11,513 nucleotides of DNA from Okeania sp. SIO2B9 (GCF_010672505.1 NZ_JAAHGK010000067.1:1-11513); one strand, 5' to 3'; shown: positions 1 through 8,684, counted from the stretch's first letter. Notes: a model not told the origin generated them from the letters alone. Program-made: numbers and translations.

Positions 1-90
1 TGGATAGTTGGGATAAATGGTAATCCTTTAGCAGGTGTAATGGGGTGGTTTTTTTTAGGAGCGATCGCTTTGTTTATTCAGCGAAAGTGA
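1..90 (+). CDS. 3' end of a gene running into the window (C-terminal 29 codons, hydrophobic); partial
   Basis: Frame 1 is open from base 1 to TGA at 88-90 and reads WIVGINGNPLAGVMGWFFLGAIALFIQRK*. The hydrophobic tail looks like the end of a membrane protein. There is no start in the window. Confidence 0.2.
   Translation, partial: WIVGINGNPLAGVMGWFFLGAIALFIQRK
61..68. repeat. HIP1 octamer GCGATCGC (one of at least 8 copies)
   Basis: Exact GCGATCGC occurs here and at about 1543, 5936, 6339, 7921, 8861 and 9487. Its over-representation is a hallmark of many cyanobacterial genomes. Confidence 0.7.
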
Positions 91-150
91 ATTGGTATAA
101 CCTAAGAGGTAGTTATATCATGTCTGGATAATAGACATCTCCAGAAAAGA

Positions 151-177
151 GGGAGTAGGCAGTAGGCAGTAGGGAGG
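151..177. repeat. STRR-like heptanucleotide tandem array (GGGAGTA GGCAGTA GGCAGTA GGGAGG)
   Basis: Direct read: four consecutive 7-mers of the form GGSAGTA. It is preceded by the motif AATAGACATCTCCAGAAAAGAG, which recurs at 8612-8641. Confidence 0.8.
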
Positions 178-181
178 TTGC

Positions 182-379
182 ATGCAACGTCCCTACAGAG
201 AAATAATTGATAATTTCTGTGTGATAATTGATTTTATTTTTGATTTTTACCAGATGTCTAATAGCATTCTGATTCAATATCAAGATGAATTAGCTATTGG
301 AGACCAAGCTATTACTGCTAAGGAATGGAAGCAGTTAGTTAATGCTAAAAGTACTTTGGTGAAGTTTCGGGGGCAGTAA
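182..379 (+). CDS. Hypothetical small protein (65 aa)
   Basis: ATG is preceded by GGGAGG about 5 nt upstream, which is Shine-Dalgarno-like. I recognise no family. The ORF is convergent with the P450 gene and could be spurious. Confidence 0.25.
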   Translation: MQRPYREIIDNFCVIIDFIFDFYQMSNSILIQYQDELAIGDQAITAKEWKQLVNAKSTLVKFRGQ

Positions 380-438
380 TCTTTACAGAACAAGTTTTTT
401 GGGGAATTTTTAATTTATAAAATGACAAGTATAATATT

Positions 439-1812
439 TTAGATAGTTGCAAGGGAAGGAGATTTTTTTTGTGACTGTATACGTTTACCTTTCATCACCA
501 TTTTCACTCCACCCCTAGGACCTAAAATTATTCCTCGACGTTGGGGTTTCACAGGTTGATTTTCTGCTAATTCCATCTCTATATTAGATAATAGAGTTGC
601 CAATACTAAACGCATCTCGAAATTTGCTAGTGCCATTCCCAAACAGCGACGACTGCCACCTCCAAAGGGCAAATATTGATAGGTCGAAAACTGCCTCTCT
701 AAAAATCGCTCTGGCTTGAACTTTTTCGGTTCTGGGTACAAATCTTCTCGTTGGTGAGTCAAATAAATAGAACCCGAAATCATTGTACCTGTTTCCAAGT
801 GATAACCCTGCAACTCAACAGGTTGTTTTGTCCGACGAAGAAGTGTCGCAAATGCCACCGGATATATTCGTAGGGTTTCCTGACAAACTGCTGTCAAATA
901 GGGTAAACGGAAAATTGTCATGGGGTCCGCATCTGTTTCCATAGTTTCCAACTCTTCCATTAATTTCTGATATACTTGTGGTTGTTTGTGAATCCAATAA
1001 AGTGCCCAAGCAAGAGCATTTGCAGTAGTGTCGTGACCTGCAAATAACAATGTGATCAACTCATCCCGAATTTCTTGGTCTGTCATACCTTGACCTTCTT
1101 CATCTCGTGCTAATAACATTAAGGTAAGGATATCAGTACGATTCAGATCTAGTTGAGAGCGACGAGTGGCAATTTCTGTATATAGGAGTTCATTAAGTTG
1201 TTGTTGTTGACGTCGATACTTACCCCAAGGACTCCAAGGGCCTAAATCCTTTTGCAACCAGGGAAAAAATAATAAACTAGCTCGGAGTGGAGAGGCTGTA
1301 AATTCGATAAAATCTACTAACATTAACCTAATTTGTGATAACCGGGGGCTATCATATAGACCAAAAACAGCTTGGAGTATCACCTGGGTCGTAATTTCTT
1401 GCATAAGTTTAAGAGCAATAAATGGTTGACTCACTTTTAAATTGCTAGCTGTTTCTTTCGTGATGTTACAGATTAACTCACCATAGCTCCGCATTCTGTC
1501 GCCATGAAAAGGAGGCATTAATAATTTGCGTTCTCGGCGGTGGCGATCGCCTTCTAAGCCAAATATAGAGTACTCCCCAAGCATTGATTGTATAACTTTA
1601 CTAGCAGGAGTTTCATACTCATTATTATCCTTTGTCAATACCTCCTGCAAAGCTTGCGGACTGCTGACGAAGACAACTTCACCTACAGAAGTCATCATAG
1701 TAAAAATATCTCCATACTTCTTGGCATAAGATTCAAGAGTACTGAGTGGAGCGAGAACCAATTGCAGTCTCTGAAAAAGCGGTGGTGTTTTTGGTCCTTT
1801 GATTAATTTCAT
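439..1812 (-). CDS. Cytochrome P450 monooxygenase
   Basis: 457 aa. It has the heme-thiolate loop FGGGSRRCLG, I-helix AGHDTT, K-helix ETLR and the PERF motif (FKPERF). Start ATG is at 1812 and stop TAA at 439-441. Confidence 0.9.
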   Translation of the reverse strand: MKLIKGPKTPPLFQRLQLVLAPLSTLESYAKKYGDIFTMMTSVGEVVFVSSPQALQEVLTKDNNEYETPASKVIQSMLGEYSIFGLEGDRHRRERKLLMPPFHGDRMRSYGELICNITKETASNLKVSQPFIALKLMQEITTQVILQAVFGLYDSPRLSQIRLMLVDFIEFTASPLRASLLFFPWLQKDLGPWSPWGKYRRQQQQLNELLYTEIATRRSQLDLNRTDILTLMLLARDEEGQGMTDQEIRDELITLLFAGHDTTANALAWALYWIHKQPQVYQKLMEELETMETDADPMTIFRLPYLTAVCQETLRIYPVAFATLLRRTKQPVELQGYHLETGTMISGSIYLTHQREDLYPEPKKFKPERFLERQFSTYQYLPFGGGSRRCLGMALANFEMRLVLATLLSNIEMELAENQPVKPQRRGIILGPRGGVKMVMKGKRIQSQKKSPSLATI

Positions 1813-1930
1813 ATAGTTACTTGTGAATTTTTGGACTGTTTAATATTAGAAGTTAACAATAGCATTTTATCAGTTTTTTTGTCTCAAATTCAATGCCCTA
1901 GTGTTAGACAAATTTTTATGTTGGCGACTG

Positions 1931-1956
1931 CCGTTTGCGTAGCATTCTGTAGGAAA
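1931..1956. repeat. Left arm of a ~26-bp inverted repeat (CYGTTTGCGYAGCATTCYGTAGGAAA); partner at 3526-3551
   Basis: 1931-1956 ccgtttgcgtagcattctgtaggaaa. The reverse complement of 3526-3551 is ctgtttgcgcagcattccgtaggaaa, giving 23/26 identity. Confidence 0.6.
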
Positions 1957-2133
1957 ATAATTAATAATTAATTATTACTTATCTTTGGCCAAGTTCTTTA
2001 CATTGAAAAAGTTTGATCGACCAAGAGAAGAAAAAATTTTCATTATTAGTCAATCCTCTTCTTTTCAAGTAGAGGTAATTATTAATTATAGCAATTCCCA
2101 AGAAGCGTGAGGTACGCGCATTCGTTGGTTCTA

Positions 2134-2168
2134 GGGAATAGGGAACAGGGAATAGGGAATAGGAGACA
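2134..2168. repeat. STRR-like heptamer tandem array (GGGAATA/GGGAACA x5)
   Basis: Direct read: gggaata gggaaca gggaata gggaata ggagaca. Confidence 0.8.
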
Positions 2169-2438
2169 AATCAAGATAGGTGTACTTCATTAGGTTGAGA
2201 AAAGCTATATTAATTATTAATTGTTGAAAGATACCCTCTAGTAATTATTGCTCTGCTGATTAAATCTCAAAGCATTGATATATAAAGATATTAGCCTTTT
2301 TTAGCTGGAAATACCTGGTTTTGATCCCTTCACGCTCATGCATGGAGCGCATTTTGGGGTGACTATGGCAGAAAAATCACTCTTGCTATAATGAACAACC
2401 ACCTTCTCTATAACTCCCTCGTTCCTCCTGACTCTTAA

Positions 2439-2466
2439 CTACTCCCTACTCCCTACTCCCTACCTC
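2439..2466. repeat. STRR-like heptamer tandem array (CTACTCC x4)
   Basis: Direct read: ctactcc ctactcc ctactcc ctacctc. It is the reverse complement of the GGGAGTA-type unit seen at 151-177. Confidence 0.8.
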
Positions 2467-2535
2467 AACAAAAAGACTTTCCATAAGCAAACCCTAATTA
2501 GTATTAGAAGCTAGAGAGTTGAAGCGTCATAAAAT

Positions 2536-3480
2536 TCAGATATCTTGTCTATTTCTGGCATCTAAAAATTTTAATTGTTGATACAACATCCCAATTTTAT
2601 CTAGCTGAATACCTGCTGCACCTGCCATTCGTAAAGGGTTGCCAATAATACTTTCTATTTCTAAAGGTTGTCGTCGCTCATAATCAATTTTCATGCTAGT
2701 TAAATAAGGGTTTAACTTGTAAGTATGGTCTAACATATTTTGAATATAACTATTTGGAATTTCGCACTTACAACTTTTTGCACCCTCCAATACTTCTTGC
2801 ATTATTTCTGTGATTAAGTTTCTAGTATTAGTATCTCCCATCATTTCATCAGTTCGAGCATCTAGAATTACTGACAAGCTGTTATAAGGAATATTCCAAA
2901 CTAATTTTTTCCATCTTTCTTGGAATAAATCTTCACTCAAATTAACTTGTATTCCAGCACTTTCAAAATCTTGGGAAATTTCACGCATTTTATTAGTAAT
3001 ACCAGCAGGTTGATAATTTGTGGTATATTTTCCGATTCTAATCAAACCATAATCTACATGGCGAATATGACCATAACCTATTTTATTAGAAGCAATATTA
3101 GATACTCCTCCAATTACTCTTTCCTCACCAACAATTTTGGCTATTTCAGGTTCTGCACCCAATCCATTTTGTAAGAGTAAGACAACGTTATTTTCTTGGC
3201 ACAAAGGTGGGAGTAATTCTGGTAATAAATAGTTTTGCGTTGTTTTTAATGCTACGAGAATTACATCACATTTTGGCATTTTATTAGTATTGTTATAGGC
3301 GTTAATTTGAGGGAGGGTAAAGTCGCCATTTTTGGATTCTATGATTAAGCCATTTTTGAGAACGTGCTGATAATCACTACGCAGTAAAAAATGAACTTCT
3401 AATCCTGCTTTTTGTAGTTTTGCACCGTAAAAACCTCCTAGTGCGCCACTGCCAATAATCGCGTAAGTATTTTTTGACAT
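2536..3480 (-). CDS. panE: 2-dehydropantoate 2-reductase (ketopantoate reductase, PanE/ApbA family)
   Basis: 314 aa. N-terminal Rossmann motif is AIIGSGALGGFYGAKL. The length, the central LLQNGLG motif and a C-terminal helical domain are typical of the KPR family. Stop is TGA. Confidence 0.75.
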   Translation of the reverse strand: MSKNTYAIIGSGALGGFYGAKLQKAGLEVHFLLRSDYQHVLKNGLIIESKNGDFTLPQINAYNNTNKMPKCDVILVALKTTQNYLLPELLPPLCQENNVVLLLQNGLGAEPEIAKIVGEERVIGGVSNIASNKIGYGHIRHVDYGLIRIGKYTTNYQPAGITNKMREISQDFESAGIQVNLSEDLFQERWKKLVWNIPYNSLSVILDARTDEMMGDTNTRNLITEIMQEVLEGAKSCKCEIPNSYIQNMLDHTYKLNPYLTSMKIDYERRQPLEIESIIGNPLRMAGAAGIQLDKIGMLYQQLKFLDARNRQDI

Positions 3481-3525
3481 TTTATTGAACTTAAATTCGA
3501 CTCTGTTTCTATTTTATTGTAAGCA

Positions 3526-3551
3526 TTTCCTACGGAATGCTGCGCAAACAG
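3526..3551. repeat. Right arm of the inverted repeat paired with 1931-1956
   Basis: See 1931-1956. The two arms bracket panE plus two heptamer arrays, about 1.6 kb apart. Confidence 0.6.
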
Positions 3552-4151
3552 CTATTAGCTGTCAGCTCTCAACAACAAGACTCTCTCATATAGGACAGTG
3601 TTTAAATTAATATAGACTTTAAGGGCAAGGGAGCTAACTTTTGCAGTAAGACAATTAATAAAGCTTTTATGGTAAACTAAAAGCAATAGCTAATAGTTAT
3701 GACTGACCGTTGAATGCTTCAATAAAAGTTTTATTTAAACTCTATTATTAAGGGCGAAGTCTTAATTTTTTTTACTTCATATACTTGCATTTTGCTGTAT
3801 TAAACTCAACTCTATCATTATTTTATCTGTTCAAATTTTTCAACTTTAATTTTGCTACATGAATAGTCTTTCCATTATCCAGTTTAAAATTTTTCCTAAA
3901 GCAAATCCTCCTGCCAATGCTAAGAAAATATAATACAGTAGATTCCACTTTAATCAGATACACCCGTCGCTGGCAAGATGCCCGCACTAGAAACATTTAA
4001 TTGTTAATCTCTGTACTTCTTATGGGAGGAATCTGCTGTAATTTATATTTATAACTCCAGCTTAAGTTTCTAGAATGTTCTAAATAAAGAAAGATAGAAA
4101 AAAATAGCAGGCAAAAACAGTACTAAAACTAAAGTTATAGTGTTTATAAAA

Positions 4152-4240
4152 GTTATAGCAGTCGAAGGAAAGGTTAGGAGAAATAAAAAACTTAAAACTC
4201 AGACAAAGGAATATTTTTCCTTCTTCCCTCTTCCTTCTGC
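4152..4240. repeat. Copy A of a ~90-nt dispersed structured element (purine/pyrimidine-rich arms that can pair)
   Basis: TATAGCAGTCGAAGGAAAGGTTAGGAG...CAGACAAAGGAATATTTTTCCTTCTTCCCTCTTCCTTCTGC aligns at about 70% identity with 5390-5480. The 5' GAAGGAAAGG arm is complementary to the 3' CCTTCTTCC arm. It lies 28 nt 3' of the thioesterase gene (minus strand). Confidence 0.55.
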
Positions 4241-4267
4241 TATATACCAATTCCTAAAAATAATGCT

Positions 4268-4708
4268 CTACTTATATTCATTGTTAATTTTTGAATAACT
4301 AGGAAAACTCAATAACCATTTCCTCATTTCATCAGATAATTTTTGCCTACTTCTACTTTGAGGATGAATACAAACGTGCTTCGTAATAGCTCTTGCCCCC
4401 CACTTATCCTCTGTTTCTTTTAAAAAGACTTGATAGGAAATTTCAAACTCATCGTCTCTCCAACTTTTAGGAATTAATTCAATAGTTAACTCATCCCCAC
4501 AAAACATCGGGCGACGAAAATCAACATTAGCATGAATAATTGGAATAGCTATTTCTTGATTACTAAAAAAAACTTTCAGATTAATACCAAATTCTACTAA
4601 AGATGCTTCATAAGCTTCATGGCACATTGCTAAAACATTAGCAAAATAAACTACTCCAGCAGCATCGGTATCTTGAAAATGAACTATTCTTGTATAGTAA
4701 AAAGACAT
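4268..4708 (-). CDS. Hotdog-fold acyl-CoA thioesterase (4HBT family; resembles cyanobacterial 1,4-dihydroxy-2-naphthoyl-CoA hydrolase of phylloquinone synthesis)
   Basis: 146 aa. The N-terminus RIVHFQDTDAAGVVYFANVL carries the catalytic Asp in a DTDAAG context, which is typical of 4HBT-type thioesterases. Size fits the family. Confidence 0.65.
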   Translation of the reverse strand: MSFYYTRIVHFQDTDAAGVVYFANVLAMCHEAYEASLVEFGINLKVFFSNQEIAIPIIHANVDFRRPMFCGDELTIELIPKSWRDDEFEISYQVFLKETEDKWGARAITKHVCIHPQSRSRQKLSDEMRKWLLSFPSYSKINNEYK

Positions 4709-4938
4709 TTATAGATATAGGTTTAATAATAATACCATTTCTCTATGAATTTGCGCTGAATAAAAGATGATAATTATCAGAATAATAAGGTCAGGGCAAA
4801 AATTATTAAGTGCATCGTTACAAAGAAATGATATTAGATTGAATAAAGTTTTAGGTAATAGGTATTAGGTTCAATTGAAGATTAAACTTTAACCAGTTAT
4901 AGAAACCGTAAAGACAGTCATATTTTCTACACTTATAA

Positions 4939-5380
4939 CCTGACACCTACCAGGAAGGGTAGGGAGGATAAATCATATATTTAGGAATTAGGCATTTTTG
5001 AGTTCTAAACACTACATATCTGTAACGTTATAGTTTTTCTCATTATATATAGTCTGTTTACCTAAATTCGGAACTATAACGTTATAGTTTTTCTCGTTAT
5101 ATATAGTTTGTTGACCTAAATACTGATCGCCTGACAACTGCCACTCAAGGAAGGTAGGGACAATAAATCATATATTTAGGACTTAAGTATTTTTGAGTTC
5201 TAGAGACTACATATCTGTAACGTTATAGTTTTTGCTCGTGATATATAGTCTGTTGACCTAAATACTGATCGCCTGACAACTGCCACTCAAGGAAGGTAGG
5301 GACAATAAATCATATATTTAGGAATTAGGGATTTTTGAGTTCTAGAGACTACATATCTGCAACGTTATAGTTTTTGCTCA
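4939..5380 (+). repeat. Tandem array of ~143-bp units (3 full plus 1 partial), each with a TATATT box and a CTGTAACGTTATAG hairpin followed by T5; candidate tandem sRNA genes
   Basis: Units are 4939-5072, partial 5073-5129, 5130-5271 and 5272-5380. Units 2 and 3 are more than 90% identical. Hairpin plus T-run occur at 5020-5038, 5074-5092, 5215-5233 and 5357-5375. TATATT occurs at 4976, 5171 and 5313, about 40 nt upstream of each hairpin. Confidence 0.6.
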
Positions 5381-5389
5381 CCATATACA

Positions 5390-5480
5390 TAATAGTAGTC
5401 GAAGCAAAGGGCACGGACATATCAAAAGCTGAAAACTAAGACAATGCAAATTTTTTTGTCCTTCGCTCCTTCCTTCTTCC
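5390..5480. repeat. Copy B of the ~90-nt dispersed structured element
   Basis: AATAGTAGTCGAAGCAAAGGGCACGGAC...AAGACAATGCAAATTTTTTTGTCCTTCGCTCCTTCCTTCTTCC. It sits directly after the tandem array and about 80 nt 3' of the TerB-like gene (minus strand). Confidence 0.55.
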
Positions 5481-5561
5481 TTTTCTGAACAATGAACAAT
5501 CACTACAATAAAATTGAGTATTGTTCATTGAACATTCATCAGGACTAATTTTGTAATTAAA

Positions 5562-6008
5562 TTAACCCTTATTTTTAATCATTATTACATCAATAATCTT
5601 AGTCGCTACTGCTTCGGAAATTTCCAAAGCATTATATAACTCATTCAAAAGTTGTTCCTCCTCTTCAGCAAGGTCTCCATCTACTAAAACCAAGTCTGTA
5701 CTAACAGCAAAAACTGTTTCCCTTAACTCCTTTGGAAGTTTAGCAACTGCAGCATCAAACAAAGGCTTAATTTCTTGATTTTTAATCATATCGAGAAGAC
5801 GGTCTTGCATTTCTGTTTTACGTTCTTTTGGATAATCACTAAACAGTTGCATACGAGAGAAAATATTATTAATACCTTGAGATTCACTCTTAGTAATAAC
5901 ACCATCAGCAGCAACAGCAATTAAAGCGATCGCTGCAAAAGCTTCTGCCGGTTCTAATTGAATATCAGTAGCTTGTATTGTTGTTGTTCCTTGATCGAAA
6001 AGACCCAT
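5562..6008 (-). CDS. TerB-like (tellurite-resistance TerB family) domain protein
   Basis: 148 aa. It has a two-lobed acidic helical pattern, AFAAIALIAVAADGVITKSESQ ... VFAVSTDLVLVDGDLAEEEEQLL, matching the TerB fold. Compare E. coli TerB ...AVCARIAVASDGVSSEEKQ... / ...AVAKSDGNFDDDEK.... Confidence 0.6.
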   Translation of the reverse strand: MGLFDQGTTTIQATDIQLEPAEAFAAIALIAVAADGVITKSESQGINNIFSRMQLFSDYPKERKTEMQDRLLDMIKNQEIKPLFDAAVAKLPKELRETVFAVSTDLVLVDGDLAEEEEQLLNELYNALEISEAVATKIIDVIMIKNKG

Positions 6009-6122
6009 TTTAGTACCTCATTAATGATTTTTTTACCATCTCTATTTTGGAAAAATATTAGGTGTTATTAAATAAGTTTTAGATTGAATCTACAACCTAA
6101 AATTTACCACCTACTACCTTCT

Positions 6123-7478
6123 TCAATACTTCTCAAAAACTGTTAAATTAGCTTTGAGAAAATCAATAAATTGTCGTGCCGTTCGCCCAGAGCGACCATT
6201 ATATTTCGTAGCCCATTGTAAAGCTTGATAGTCTAAATCTTCAGGATTTAGATTAATTTTTGCCTGTTTTGCCAGATGTCTAACAATTGTTAAATAAGTA
6301 TCCTGGTTAGCAGGTTCAAAAGTTAAAGTTAAGCCAAAGCGATCGCTAAAAGAAAGCTTTTCTTGAACTGTATCCCAATTATGAACCTCATCACTATCTT
6401 TTGGGCGAGGGCGATCGTTAAAAAATTCTCTAATTAAATGCCTTCTATTTGATGTAGCATAGACTACCACATTTGTTGGTCTAGCAGTTAAATTACCCTC
6501 TAAAACAACTTTAAGAGCTTTAAAAGTATCATCATCTTCTTCAAAGGAAAGGTCATCGACAAAGATAATAAATTTTTGTGGAATATCGCGTAATTTTTCT
6601 ACAATTAATGGTAAATCTTTTAGGTTTGATTTAGCCACTTCGACTAAACGAAGATTGCGTTGACTATACTCATTTAATAAGGCTTTTATTAAAGAGGATT
6701 TGCCAGAACCGCGACTACCATAAAGTAATATATTAAGGGCTGAATATCCTGCTAGGAGAAATTCTGTATTTTTGATTAAGGCATCTTTTTGAAATTCATA
6801 TCCGACCAATTCTTTTAATTCAACTGGGTCAGGGTAAGTAATAGTAAGTAGTTGACCGTTACGCCATTCAAAGGCAATTGATTCAGCAAATAAACCAGTG
6901 CCATTATGATGATAATGAGTGGCTAAGGTCTCAATGGCATCTGCCCAATTTTCTAATTTTTTTAACTCGTCGTAGATAGCTTCTTTTTGTTGTGATTGTA
7001 TTTCCCACGCAATAGGGGGATTCTCTAATTTAGCTATTGTTTTTACCCACTGACTAATTGTTTTACCACTGCACTGATAAAGATTTTGTAAAATTTGTAA
7101 ATCATGTTTTGCAGCTGCAATTAAATTTGGAGATAGGCTGGTAATATTTATTTTTTGAACTTGTTGACTAAAGGGATTATCATCTTGAATAATCTGAGCA
7201 ATTAGATATTCTTGCCAGGAAATATTTTGACTAGCAATATTTATAAACCAGTTACCATAAGCTTGAAGGCATTCTATAGCAACTCCATCATTTTTAGACA
7301 AAGATTCTAATAATTGGATAAAAGCTTCACCCACTGTTTTTTTTAGAACAGACTGATATAACAATAGAGATGCTATTTGCTGTTGTAAGTTTTGAATTTT
7401 GGCTAACACTTGGGAACCTAAACAAGACATAATTAATGATATGATTGCCTTATTAAATAAAGGATCAGCACTTAGCAC
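6123..7478 (-). CDS. AAA+ ATPase of the DUF815 family
   Basis: 451 aa. Walker A is LLYGSRGSGKSS and Walker B is FIIFVDDLSFEEDD, followed by VVYATSNRRHL, the characteristic DUF815 signature. Stop is TGA. Confidence 0.75.
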   Translation of the reverse strand: MLSADPLFNKAIISLIMSCLGSQVLAKIQNLQQQIASLLLYQSVLKKTVGEAFIQLLESLSKNDGVAIECLQAYGNWFINIASQNISWQEYLIAQIIQDDNPFSQQVQKINITSLSPNLIAAAKHDLQILQNLYQCSGKTISQWVKTIAKLENPPIAWEIQSQQKEAIYDELKKLENWADAIETLATHYHHNGTGLFAESIAFEWRNGQLLTITYPDPVELKELVGYEFQKDALIKNTEFLLAGYSALNILLYGSRGSGKSSLIKALLNEYSQRNLRLVEVAKSNLKDLPLIVEKLRDIPQKFIIFVDDLSFEEDDDTFKALKVVLEGNLTARPTNVVVYATSNRRHLIREFFNDRPRPKDSDEVHNWDTVQEKLSFSDRFGLTLTFEPANQDTYLTIVRHLAKQAKINLNPEDLDYQALQWATKYNGRSGRTARQFIDFLKANLTVFEKY

Positions 7479-7893
7479 TCAGCAATTAGTAGGAGCATTT
7501 TTTTTAGGTTTATAAGGGGATTTCAACTCCTACTAAACTATCTGAAACAATATTTGTTAGAGATTTTAACCCAAACTCAAAAAACTTTATAATAGCTGAT
7601 AGCTTACCACTGGATACTTACCTATTTCTTTGGCGTAATGTAAATCTATGTAATTCTATAATAAATTTTACTCTTTGTAGTTATAAACCACTATTTTTTT
7701 ACATTTACTTAAGATGCAATTTAAGATCGAGAAATATTTCAAAAAATGTTATTGAATAGTTGAAAATTTCATTTTTAATCATAGTTTAATAATTATTGAA
7801 TCTTGATTAAGCAATATTAAGTTTTGATAAATTGGCTAGCTATTGCCACAAATAAGCTGTATAAGTTAGTTTTAGTTTTAGGAGTTAATAATA

Positions 7894-8232
7894 ATGACTA
7901 TAAATATCGCCATAATAGCAGCGATCGCCTATGGTATATTAGCCATTGTTGGGGGCATTATTGGATATACGAAAGTAGGCAGCAAAATATCTTTAATATC
8001 TGGTAGTATCAGTGGTTTACTACTAATTGTTAGTGGAATTATTCAACTAATGGGCATGAATTGGGGTCTAATATTTTCTACCCTCATTACAACTATTCTA
8101 GTAATTACATTCATTATTCGTTTAGCAAAAACTCGTAAAATGATGCCTGCGGGATTAATGATTTTAACTGGAGTTGCTGCTGTAGCAGTTATGGTTTATG
8201 AAATTACCATAAACAATTCAGCCACAATTTAA
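7894..8232 (+). CDS. TMEM14-family small membrane protein (4 TM helices)
   Basis: 112 aa. It has the YGILAIVGGIIGYTKVGSKISLISG motif typical of the TMEM14/UPF0136 family. TAGGAG Shine-Dalgarno lies 9 nt upstream of ATG. Confidence 0.6.
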   Translation: MTINIAIIAAIAYGILAIVGGIIGYTKVGSKISLISGSISGLLLIVSGIIQLMGMNWGLIFSTLITTILVITFIIRLAKTRKMMPAGLMILTGVAAVAVMVYEITINNSATI

Positions 8233-8492
8233 AAAGAAACGTAAGTATTTAGCCGTCAGCTTTCAGCTCCATTAGAACTAATGACTATAGCCTTTAAAGC
8301 AGAAGTTACCATTGACAGATTTTATCTAATTAAAAATATGAATTAAAAGTTTCCCTAGTAACTTCTAAAGTCTTAAAAAATGCTTACTTCATTTATTAAT
8401 CAAGATGAGAGCTGACCACTAATCACTGTTTGTGGAGCATTCAGGCACGGAAATCCTTATACCAATTTCATAAACTTGAGCTACTTAGGTTT

Positions 8493-8527
8493 GGAGTAGT
8501 CAGTAGTCAGTAGTCAGTAGTCAGGAG
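8493..8527. repeat. STRR-like heptamer tandem array (AGTAGTC x4-5)
   Basis: Direct read: ggagtag tcagtag tcagtag tcagtag tcaggag. Confidence 0.8.
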
Positions 8528-8552
8528 GTAAGGTGAGTAGCCTTACTTTTTG
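8527..8552 (+). terminator. Rho-independent terminator-like hairpin
   Basis: Stem GTAAGG (8528-8533), loop TGAGTAG, stem CCTTAC (8541-8546), then TTTTT (8547-8551). It lies in the convergent gap between the TMEM14 gene and the MVP pseudogene. Confidence 0.5.
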
Positions 8553-8684
8553 AATTTGGTATTACAAAGAAACAAAGAATATGGAAGAGATAAAAAAGTA
8601 GAAACTTGCTCAATAGACATATAGATATCTCCAGAAAAGAGATAACAGGTAACAGGAAGAAATAATAGAAATCATCAATTATTT

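Noticed and set aside
815-1806. Small ORFs 815..1009(-), 1526..1729(+) and 1588..1806(+)
   Set aside because: They are embedded in or antisense to the P450 coding region and have no features of real genes.
2947-3174. 75-aa ORF on the plus strand
   Set aside because: It is antisense within panE. Its low-complexity AT-rich translation is typical of spurious ORFs.
5015-5035. NtcA (GTA-N8-TAC) or LexA-type box at the repeat palindrome
   Set aside because: The sequence CTGTAACGTTATAG does not fit GTA-N8-TAC or the cyanobacterial LexA consensus.
4939-5400. Possible CRISPR array
   Set aside because: The units are about 143 bp and similar over their whole length. There is no alternation of short conserved repeats with unique spacers.
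7824-8006. 60-aa ORF overlapping the start of the TMEM14 gene
   Set aside because: It is in an alternative frame to a well-supported gene and has no RBS.
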